Source of the DNA: a virus
Length of the DNA: 64,000 bases
Reading direction: 5' to 3' (one strand)
IMG/VR virus record: IMGVR_UViG_3300048088_000530
Location: 7,298-71,297 of that record
Of the stretch, positions 56,766 to 64,000 are shown piece by piece; the stretch's first letter is position 1; every line of letters begins with the position of its first letter. A program made the translations under genes and the position numbers. Below the pieces are notes generated by a model. That model was not told the origin of the DNA. It did no database searches and worked only from the letters and a program-made list of their open reading frames with translations.

Positions 56766-58333
56766 TGCCGAAGTTCGAAGAGTCAGACGGATTCGAAGAA
56801 GAGAAACAAGACCTGGAACAACGCAAGGCAGCGCGACTGGTCCAGGCGAAGGAAGCGGACGAAGCTGCTGGTGCGTTGAGGCAGGAGCAGGACATTGTAA
56901 AACGTGCACGCACCCTCTTTGCCAGCGGTCTGATCGACTTCCCGGATGTGAAGAAGGTTCGCAGCGGCGATATGTACGTGACGCAGCCATTGATGACCGA
57001 CGAGAACAAGTGGACGGTTATCAACTCGCTATTCGAAGGCGTTGAGGCGATGCCGCATCGTGACCACTTTCGCGGTCGGATTGTTGACCATGAAGGCCGG
57101 ATAATTGATGACCACTATCCGGTCGTGCGCTGGGTTGAAGCGTTCTCTGCTGGCGGTCTTAAGGGTGTGAGTGCGAGAAGCGCGCGTGAGGTCGTTAAAG
57201 AATGGGCGTTGAATCACGAATGGAATGACCTCATTGGTAACATTGAGAAGAAAATTCCTGAGTGGGATGGCAAGGCGCGGCTCGATTCGAAGTTGATCGA
57301 CCTGTTCCAATGCTTCGATACGCCACTGAATCGCGACTTCGGGCGGTACTTCTGGCTGTCCCTGTACTCGCGCATCATGATGCCTGGGTCGTTGGCTCCT
57401 ATGGTGCTTTCGTTGTTCGGCGTGCAGGATTGCGGGAAATCGTACTTTGGGAAGTTGATCTGCCGCATATTGACCGGCAATGAAGAAGCCGATACAGTGC
57501 AGCTGAACATGGACGGCGAGAAGCTGGAGTTCTTGCGCGAGATTACCGGCCAGTCCGTGATTGCGTCGGTCGGTGAAATGACGGGCTTTACGCGCGGCGA
57601 TCTGAACAAGATCAAGGACTTCATCACGCGCACATCGGACAAGATGCACTACAAGTTCGAAGGCACGTTTGACCAGCAGCGTCAGTTCATCATCATGATG
57701 GATGGTAACAAGTACGAAGGCCTGCAGCGCGACGATACCGGCAACCGGCGCTTGTATCCGATGTTCTGCGGTCAGCTGCCAGACCAGTTGGGGCAACCGG
57801 CTTGGCGTATGGACTTTGCCGCTGACTTCACCGGCTTCGAAGCGGACCTGTGGCAGATTATGGCTGAGGCTGCAGCGTGGTTTGAAGAGCATGGCGAGGT
57901 TGGGTATAACGCGTTTGTGCGGTCTGTATCGAAGCAGGTGTTTGCGTTTAGCCAGAGCGAAATGGCGGGTGATCGCGGTACGATTCGCGATGACAATATG
58001 GACACCTATCTCGTTCCGACGCTGAAGGATTGCCCCAAGTTCCTGTACAAGCGCCACAACCGCGATGCGTGCGTTGGGATACGCCTGAACGATTTCAAGA
58101 AGTACTTCATGGACACGCATCGGCACGTGAAGCCGAATTGGAAGCACCTGAAGAACAAGCTGATGTCCTTGGGCGGAATCGAACACGTATTTACCGGTGG
58201 CTATCCGGGTTATCTGTTTGAGAAGTTCATCACCATCCCAGACTTTGAGCAAAAGATCGGTGATATTGACTTCGATGACGGCGGTTCAGTGGTCGAAGCG
58301 AAGGCTGCGAAAACGAAGGATGAAGGCTTTTGA
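56762..58333 (+). CDS. VapE/VirE-like P-loop helicase
   Basis: WDGKARL, GVQDCGKS, IKDFIT, DDTGNRRLYP. Confidence 0.85.
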   Translation: MMPKFEESDGFEEEKQDLEQRKAARLVQAKEADEAAGALRQEQDIVKRARTLFASGLIDFPDVKKVRSGDMYVTQPLMTDENKWTVINSLFEGVEAMPHRDHFRGRIVDHEGRIIDDHYPVVRWVEAFSAGGLKGVSARSAREVVKEWALNHEWNDLIGNIEKKIPEWDGKARLDSKLIDLFQCFDTPLNRDFGRYFWLSLYSRIMMPGSLAPMVLSLFGVQDCGKSYFGKLICRILTGNEEADTVQLNMDGEKLEFLREITGQSVIASVGEMTGFTRGDLNKIKDFITRTSDKMHYKFEGTFDQQRQFIIMMDGNKYEGLQRDDTGNRRLYPMFCGQLPDQLGQPAWRMDFAADFTGFEADLWQIMAEAAAWFEEHGEVGYNAFVRSVSKQVFAFSQSEMAGDRGTIRDDNMDTYLVPTLKDCPKFLYKRHNRDACVGIRLNDFKKYFMDTHRHVKPNWKHLKNKLMSLGGIEHVFTGGYPGYLFEKFITIPDFEQKIGDIDFDDGGSVVEAKAAKTKDEGF

Positions 58334-58360
58334 TTCGCTAATTTAACACTTAAATTGGAT

Positions 58361-58389
58361 TGGGTCGCCGTGCGCGGCCCTTTTCTTTT
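58361..58389 (+). terminator. Intrinsic terminator
   Basis: GGGTCGC/GCGGCCC stem followed by TTTTCTTTT. Confidence 0.7.
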
Positions 58390-59019
58390 GCGCCTAGCCT
58401 ATTTTGTGTATTTTGTCAAGGGCGTACTTTTGGACATTGAATCGACATTAAATGGCGATAGTTGTGGTTTTGCAATCGAAAATACAACTGGCCTTGGTAC
58501 ACCGCAAAGGTGCTCAGCCGCTGAATTTGGACATGGCCGAGAATGTTTAGAATTGGGAATTGGCAAATTGTCAGCGGTTTGGCAACCACTAAGACCAAGT
58601 GCAATACCTACCCGTATTCTAACTAATATAATTATTCAACTATTACAATTATTCACAGCTTTCCTGCGCCGGTCTTGGGTTTGCTGGAGTTGGACTTTTC
58701 ACGCTGTTGCGCGGCTCGCGTGCAACTATGCTGATGGTTCACCGCAAACGCAAGCCCGCCAAGGCGCGGCTAAAAGTCAAGCGTTATTTACCCAACTATT
58801 CTGTACATCACGTCTTGCGGCCAGTGACCTTCGCTCACAGACCACGCTCCGCAGCGGCTGATATCGTTGCGGCAGCATCAAAGGCCCAGCACACGAAGCA
58901 ACACGCATAGGACACCGATCTAATCCAACGACGCATCCGACCAGCGCGGCAAAGACGACGACCCAAACACAGTCCACAGGTACAATCGCGACATCAGCCA
59001 TTCGCCAACCCATAACATC

Positions 59020-59742
59020 ATGTCACAACGCCGTCCACCTGGAGCACGTCGCGGGCCCCCAAAGCCACAGGCGAGCAATCGTCAATCGCCTTGGGCAAAC
59101 GAGTCGCGCACGGACGCTGACGGCTCACCGCTCGACACACAGGATGGCAACGAGTCCCACGGCGACGGCCACGACGCAGAAGACGCCTGGGACGAAATGG
59201 GACGCCCAAAGGACATCGCGACGACCGAAGTTCTGTCCCCATATCAATTCCGAAGCGAGCAATTTGCACGGCTCAATATCCAAATCATCAGCGAGTATGC
59301 AGAGTACCGGGTCATTGGCGTCAATCCAGAGCGCGCATTCACCCGCGTCTTCGGCACCGACTACGCAGACCTGCATCTGTATGCGCGAATCGAAGCCCTG
59401 GAGCATAACCTGGTCTATCGCCAAGTCTTCGCAGAGAAGTTCGCAGCGCAGCGCTTGGACCAGATGTACAACGCGAAGATGGCCGTGCACGAACTCCTGA
59501 GCCTGGCCAACAATCCGTTCACCAAGTGCGCGACTCGTCTGGCCGCATGGAAGGAACTCAATGTTCTGTTTGACGTGACGGTGATTGACGAAGCCGGTCG
59601 CACGCGTAAGGGCAAGGCATTGTCAGAGTTCTACAACGAAACGCCGGTGAGTGAGAAGGCTGCGCCGACGACCCGGCACCCGGAACCGGGCAGCGCTGAG
59701 TCTGAAGCGTTTTTGGAGGCGAATAAGAAGGCAGGCACATAG
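59020..59742 (+). CDS. Probable terminase small subunit
   Basis: Isolated + strand gene, helical core, RLAAWKELNVL resembling TerS oligomerisation motif; no other TerS candidate seen. Confidence 0.45.
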   Translation: MSQRRPPGARRGPPKPQASNRQSPWANESRTDADGSPLDTQDGNESHGDGHDAEDAWDEMGRPKDIATTEVLSPYQFRSEQFARLNIQIISEYAEYRVIGVNPERAFTRVFGTDYADLHLYARIEALEHNLVYRQVFAEKFAAQRLDQMYNAKMAVHELLSLANNPFTKCATRLAAWKELNVLFDVTVIDEAGRTRKGKALSEFYNETPVSEKAAPTTRHPEPGSAESEAFLEANKKAGT

Positions 59743-59970
59743 ATCGGACACAAATCTAGCGGGCAAGGCTGGCCGCTTTAGGTCCGGTTGGTACGAAGGC
59801 GTAGCCTACAAGACAAAGGCCCACGGAACACTGGTTCTCGTGGGCCTTCTCATATCTGTAGGTAGTGGTTCGTTTCCGCTGACTGTGCCGTGCGAAGCGC
59901 AGACAGCGATCAACTAGCCGTACTCCATTTGGTCCGGTCGCGCCGGATCGTTGTCGGAAAGCGGCAGGCT
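59741..59970 (+). ncRNA. Candidate structured non-coding RNA
   Basis: Dense nested helices with G-U pairs favouring the + strand (see findings). Confidence 0.35.
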
Positions 59971-60059
59971 GGCATTTGGCCAATCACCCGCACCTTCCAT
60001 CGGTTTAATGCCGACTCTTGATAGTTCGCACACCATCGCGAGCCAGCACAGGAAGTTGA

Positions 60060-60221
60060 TCAATCAGAACTCCTTGGCGCAAAGCTGTTGAGCCATCCGG
60101 TCAGGAAGTTGCGCATATCGTTGATGATGTCGTCGCGCGTCTTGTGCTCAAACGTTACGTTCCACGGAACGATGACGCAATTGATGTGCGAGTTGCGCTT
60201 GGCGATCTTGCGGACTTTCAT
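60060..60221 (-). CDS. Small hypothetical protein (53 aa)
   Basis: Translated by hand MKVRKIAKRN...; ATGA overlap. Confidence 0.5.
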   Translation of the reverse strand: MKVRKIAKRNSHINCVIVPWNVTFEHKTRDDIINDMRNFLTGWLNSFAPRSSD

Positions 60222-60394
60222 CGCACATCACCCTTCGGCACGCAGACGAGCGTCGTGCTGGGCTGATCATTATGATCTTCATGCTGCCAGAACTGAGCGA
60301 GCGCGACGTCACAAGCCTGCCTGCTTTGGAAGCCGTCGATGTGGTCGATTGCCACGCCACGGCTGAATACGATTGCGATGATGAGAGTCCACAT
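60218..60394 (-). CDS. Small secreted/membrane protein (58 aa)
   Basis: MWTLIIAIVF..FQSRQAC..CVP. Confidence 0.55.
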   Translation of the reverse strand: MWTLIIAIVFSRGVAIDHIDGFQSRQACDVALAQFWQHEDHNDQPSTTLVCVPKGDVR

Positions 60395-60396
60395 GG

Positions 60397-60603
60397 TCAG
60401 GCAATCCTGTGAATGGTAACGTTCTGGACACCAAAGTGACCGCCAACGCTTTTGACGTCAAACTGGTCATCGACGGACATCATTTTTACCTCATCCAGCA
60501 GAGCGTCTTCAGACGCGCGAAAGAGTTCCGCCAACGACTCGTGCAGAGCAACATCAACGCGCTTGCACCCATCATCCACGGTGATGTTGATTGAGAATTC
60601 CAT
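60397..60603 (-). CDS. Hypothetical protein
   Basis: AGGAG RBS, MEFSINITV... Confidence 0.55.
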   Translation of the reverse strand: MEFSINITVDDGCKRVDVALHESLAELFRASEDALLDEVKMMSVDDQFDVKSVGGHFGVQNVTIHRIA

Positions 60604-60667
60604 GGTCACGCTCCTACAATCAGGGTTTCGAGCAGAAGGCTGATGATCACGGCCACAGTGATGAAGG

Positions 60668-60970
60668 TCACTCTTTCTTCTCCTTTCTCAAATACGGAGC
60701 GATGATGTGCGCAATACGGTCGCGCAGTTGCTGAGTGCTATGATAGTCGATAGCAGTGTCGCGTAGCTGGTTGACGATGAGCGATATCTGATGATCATCC
60801 AGCGCCGTATCGACACTCACGCCACGTTCATAGTGGATGATGTCCGCGATCTTCTTCGCACGCGCGGCTGAGAAGGAGAAGCAAGTGCCCTGGCCCCAGT
60901 AATCGAGCACCTGCATTGCTTCGTCGGCGTTCTTGGGCATTTCGAATGACGGTTTGAATTCCTTGGCCAT
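60668..60970 (-). CDS. Hypothetical protein
   Basis: GGAGG RBS; IVNQLRDTAIDYHSTQQLRDRIA. Confidence 0.65.
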   Translation of the reverse strand: MAKEFKPSFEMPKNADEAMQVLDYWGQGTCFSFSAARAKKIADIIHYERGVSVDTALDDHQISLIVNQLRDTAIDYHSTQQLRDRIAHIIAPYLRKEKKE

Positions 60971-61140
60971 CACACGAACCCTCCATACGCTTCGGTCTGG
61001 TCATAGTCGTCCAGCGCGGTCTGATAGCCTTCATCCCAGTCGATACGCTCGATGCCGGATGAGTACTTGTTCTCGCTCTTAACACCAAGGCTGCAGAGCT
61101 TCTGCCCTGCGTCATAGCCTTCCTGATATGCCGGGGTCAT
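60970..61140 (-). CDS. Small protein with Rmf/CrpP-like pattern (56 aa)
   Basis: AYQEGYDAG...NKY...R.DWDEGY; translated by hand. Confidence 0.5.
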   Translation of the reverse strand: MTPAYQEGYDAGQKLCSLGVKSENKYSSGIERIDWDEGYQTALDDYDQTEAYGGFV

Positions 61141-61334
61141 TTCTCCAGACCGTCCATTCTGAATTTGAGGTCTTCATACAAGCGCTCGATTTCCGCGAGC
61201 CGTCGAAGTTCTGCTGCTGCGCTCTTCAGTACTGCGCCATAGAGTTCGCCGCCAAGCGAGCCGCTGCGTGACGCTAGAACTGAAGTTTCTTCGCAGTTCC
61301 GAGCGAGGTTGTCTGCCTTCGATTTATTCGCCAT
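61137..61334 (-). CDS. Hypothetical protein
   Basis: MANKSKADNL...AAAELRRL. Confidence 0.55.
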   Translation of the reverse strand: MANKSKADNLARNCEETSVLASRSGSLGGELYGAVLKSAAAELRRLAEIERLYEDLKFRMDGLEK

Positions 61335-61848
61335 CACGCTCTCCATCCATCGCGTTGTCAAACTCGTCATACTCTCGCAGCTTCTTCTCCCAGCGCGCGA
61401 GGTAGTAGCGGAAGTGCTGGCGGATTTCGCGCGTGGCCATGAACTCGTCACCGGTGAACAGCGCGGCGTCCAGACGGTCCACTGCGTCATACGTGTCGTT
61501 ACGGAACCGTGGCGCGGCCTTCGCTTCGATCAGCAGCTGGTCGATGTTCGCCACTGGATCAAGGATGAACGTGAAGCGGTCGAAGTACTTCTTCAATTCC
61601 GCTTCGTCTTCTGGCGTTACAGCCGCCTGGCCAAGCAGGCGATTGCCGAACGCTTCTCCGATGGCCTTCAGCTGCGCTTCAAGGGCCGGTTGTAGTTGGA
61701 CGTCAACCGTGGGCGCGGCAGGCTCGCAAAGGACCAGGCGCGAGCAGTCCGGGCAGAACTCCGAAGCCTCTGGCAGCGCGCCGTATTTGACGACGCTTGC
61801 GACCTTGCGCGAGCAACCTTTAGCGGTGCACGTGTTCGAAGTGCTCAT
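61324..61848 (-). CDS. Hypothetical protein with N-terminal Cys cluster
   Basis: C-x4-C and CPDC; 174 aa. Confidence 0.65.
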   Translation of the reverse strand: MSTSNTCTAKGCSRKVASVVKYGALPEASEFCPDCSRLVLCEPAAPTVDVQLQPALEAQLKAIGEAFGNRLLGQAAVTPEDEAELKKYFDRFTFILDPVANIDQLLIEAKAAPRFRNDTYDAVDRLDAALFTGDEFMATREIRQHFRYYLARWEKKLREYDEFDNAMDGERDGE

Positions 61849-62168
61849 GCGTATTCTCCATAGATTCGGTTGTCTTCATCGCGCCGCCGTTCACACGCCA
61901 ACTCGTGCTGGAATCCTTCCGGCGTGCCGACCCAATTGCCGTGGTGCAGCCTTTCGCGGTCGAAGTGGTAGCGCTGGATGGCCAGCCCCAATTCCTGCGC
62001 GGTGATATTCTTTGTGCGCGTCAGAATATTAAGGCGAACCAGTGACGCACGGTACAGCTGATATACGCGCGCCGTCGAAAGTTTGTGGATCACGCCGATC
62101 TGCTCGAATGTCAAGCCTTCAGCGTGGTGCTGCAGAGCGATGGCGAAGCGTCTGGATTGGTGGATCAC
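61845..62168 (-). CDS. Sigma70 region-4-like helix-turn-helix protein
   Basis: EGLTFEQIG...LSTARVYQL; GTG with GGAG RBS (longer ATG 62252 possible). Confidence 0.65.
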   Translation of the reverse strand: MIHQSRRFAIALQHHAEGLTFEQIGVIHKLSTARVYQLYRASLVRLNILTRTKNITAQELGLAIQRYHFDRERLHHGNWVGTPEGFQHELACERRRDEDNRIYGEYA

Positions 62169-62169
62169 G

Positions 62170-62433
62170 TCAAACTCCGATGAGACGTTTGCGCAGTTCA
62201 CGCGCGCTTCGGTCGATGGTGAGAAGTTTGCGATGCGTGTACGAAGTCTCATCGTTATTCAGGCATCGCGCGGCGACTTCCAGCAACGAGTCGTCGTCAT
62301 GATTGCGCGCGTCCAGAAGTGACCCGTTGATCAGGCGGTCCAGGAAGCGCAGAACGTCCTGCATCTGCTCCACGGACATTGAGCCGTCATCGCGAGTTAT
62401 GGCGACGACTTTGGCGGTTACATTCTGCGTCAT
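62170..62433 (-). CDS. Hypothetical protein
   Basis: MTQNVTAKVV...; start uncertain. Confidence 0.5.
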   Translation of the reverse strand: MTQNVTAKVVAITRDDGSMSVEQMQDVLRFLDRLINGSLLDARNHDDDSLLEVAARCLNNDETSYTHRKLLTIDRSARELRKRLIGV

Positions 62434-62595
62434 ACAAGTCCCGTTTATTGATGGCGGACGGAGATGGATTTTCACCACCGGCCCTTTTATCGGCTTCTTT
62501 CGGCGCAACCGTGAAACCTACTTACCGACTCCAACACCGCGTGTGCTGGCTCGCTGCCGTCCTTTGAGCTTTGATAGTAGCCGACGCAGATGGCG

Positions 62596-62802
62596 TCAGG
62601 CGTCCATAGTGATACCGCACTCGCCACCGAATGCGTCCGCCACAGCGTCCGCCAGCGCGGCTGCATTGAGCGGACGAACCGACAGCGGACCAGAGTCGCA
62701 CTTGATCTTGTTGAAGATCGTATCGACTGCCGCGCGTTCGGTTGGCTTGTGGACGGCGAACGTTACGCCTGCGTCGCCGTCGCTGAAATAGATCGTCGGC
62801 AT
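62596..62802 (-). CDS. Hypothetical protein
   Basis: 68-aa ORF in early operon. Confidence 0.55.
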   Translation of the reverse strand: MPTIYFSDGDAGVTFAVHKPTERAAVDTIFNKIKCDSGPLSVRPLNAAALADAVADAFGGECGITMDA

Positions 62803-62807
62803 GGCCC

Positions 62808-63008
62808 TTAACTCTTCTTAACAACGGTGATGGGCGTGCCCTTCGCCTGGGCGACCAGCGCGTTGAGCATCGACGGATTGTCCAGCAGCACGTGGGCGTC
62901 CCAATCGACGGCCTGGCCGTTGACGGTAACGGCAACGATGTGCGCGCCTTGGTAGACGAGCGTCTGGATTGCCGCTGTGAGTTGGGCGACTGTGGTGATT
63001 GCGGTCAT
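62808..63008 (-). CDS. Hypothetical protein
   Basis: MTAITTVAQL...; AAGGA RBS. Confidence 0.55.
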   Translation of the reverse strand: MTAITTVAQLTAAIQTLVYQGAHIVAVTVNGQAVDWDAHVLLDNPSMLNALVAQAKGTPITVVKKS

Positions 63009-63202
63009 GACTATCCTTTGACTGGGAATTATTTCTGGTGACCAGCAGGCCAGCAGATCGCGCGCTTTCGACGCTCGATGTCGGCCATGCGCCGGTTGAA
63101 TCGTTTCTGCGAGTCGCGGCCAACGATCCACCCAAATGGGAAAGCGATGGACGCCGTGCCGACGACTAAGGCGAGGGTGAAGGCGTCCATTCTGATTGGT
63201 CC

Positions 63203-63622
63203 TTACGCGCCGTAACGCGCTTTGGAATCGGCCAGGTAGAACGCCTTGCGCTCTTCTTCGCCAAGTTCGTACGTGCGCGATACGACCCAGCCACCGGCCT
63301 TGTGATTGTACACTTCGACCTTGAGCGCGCTGGCGTCCGTCCGGTACTGATCGCCGTTCGCGACGAACGAGAAGTAATCGACGCCCACGGCGTGCTCTTC
63401 GGGTCCGAAGTAGGCGATGACCTTGCCGATGAGGCGCGTTGCCTCAAAACCTTCTTCGGCAACCGTGACGACCTTGCAGGGCGTTCCGTAGTCGCGCGCC
63501 GTAACTTCAGCGTAGGCGAGCGCCATCGCGCGGCTGTCCACGACATCGCCGCCTTGAACCCATTCTGCGTTCTTCGGGTCGCTGCCGTTGCGGATTTGCT
63601 TGATCTGGACTTCGTATTTCAT
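63203..63622 (-). CDS. Hypothetical early protein
   Basis: Starts at a copy of the 16-bp repeat. Confidence 0.7.
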   Translation of the reverse strand: MKYEVQIKQIRNGSDPKNAEWVQGGDVVDSRAMALAYAEVTARDYGTPCKVVTVAEEGFEATRLIGKVIAYFGPEEHAVGVDYFSFVANGDQYRTDASALKVEVYNHKAGGWVVSRTYELGEEERKAFYLADSKARYGA

Positions 63623-63670
63623 GGCGTTTAGCTCCTGGGTTTCGATCTGCCGGTTGGCGACCGTGAAGAG

Positions 63671-63708
63671 ATTATGCCTGACGAGTGAACACACAGTCAA
63701 GCACTTTT
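63671..63708 (-). promoter_or_regulatory. Sigma70-like early promoter
   Basis: AAAAGTGC-TTGACT-N18-CATAAT. Confidence 0.75.
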
Positions 63709-63712
63709 GAAA

Positions 63713-63895
63713 TTATTTTGCTTCGTACCGACGCGCGACGATTTCCATGGCGTCCTGCTCGCTTTCCGAGAAGAACGTCATCGCGAAGCCGTCGATGGAC
63801 AGCTGCTTGGCGTCGCGGTCATAGAAGGCGATGAGTTTGCCGTTGGCGTCGCGGATTGTGCCGTTTTCAAAGGCGATGTGCTTGATTTTGATCAT
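63713..63895 (-). CDS. Hypothetical early protein
   Basis: 60-aa ORF starting at a copy of the 16-bp repeat. Confidence 0.65.
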   Translation of the reverse strand: MIKIKHIAFENGTIRDANGKLIAFYDRDAKQLSIDGFAMTFFSESEQDAMEIVARRYEAK

Positions 63896-64000
63896 GGCGT
63901 TTAGCTCCAGTTAGATTCGGTCGCGTCTTCGACGCCTTTTGTCCGGCCTTCTTTCCAGCCCTTCGATGCCTCTTTGTCGAGAGGCCAACCGCGCAGTCCG

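Noticed and set aside
58355-58910. 168-aa and 67-aa + strand ORFs
   Set aside because: TTG starts without RBS, cross a terminator and AT-rich repeats; more likely non-coding
59790-59890. tRNA-like pieces (D-arm-like GCCT..AGGC, T-arm-like GGTTCGTTTCC)
   Set aside because: No 7-nt anticodon loop, wrong arm spacing and no proper acceptor stem; kept only as part of the ncRNA candidate
62440-62595. Gap with GAAA-containing stem, considered as c-di-GMP riboswitch
   Set aside because: Conserved GEMM-I core nucleotides not found
1-64000. Integrase/repressor, introns, inteins, known sponge proteins (Acb2, Tad1, Tad2)
   Set aside because: No recognisable motifs by eye; profile searches would be needed to exclude remote homologs

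Overview
This window is most of a lytic, contractile-tailed (myovirus) phage genome, starting inside the large terminase gene. Gene content and order resemble PB1/BcepF1-like phages (Lindbergviridae-type); that assignment is from recognition of gene families, not a database search. A Burkholderia-like host is plausible but not shown. Layout: TerL (1-1.4 kb); opposite-strand early genes (1.4-5.3 kb); head, tail, baseplate, fibre and endolysin genes on the + strand (5.4-33.4 kb); a minus-strand block with ligase, holin/spanins, SNF2 helicase, DnaE, exonuclease and a nucleotide-metabolism cluster (33.6-55 kb); primase and VapE-like helicase, then a probable TerS (55.3-59.7 kb); and more small early genes (60-64 kb). 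I saw no integrase, repressor, tRNA or CRISPR array. Most notable: (1) a candidate thymidine-hypermodification pathway built around a ThyX with substituted catalytic motifs, plus FAD oxidoreductase, SDR, VOC, HAD/MazG-like and NUDIX enzymes; (2) about 13 copies of an unusual intergenic CAY-N10-(-10 hexamer) motif, often embedded in hairpins, with a sigma-region-4-like protein as a candidate reader; (3) two structured intergenic RNA candidates; (4) three iteron-like loci, one a large nested inverted repeat; (5) a portal fused to a pyrophosphatase-like domain; (6) a duplicated thyX 5' end flanking an inserted gene, a 43-bp tandem duplication splitting a gene, and a homing endonuclease frameshifted at an A7 run.
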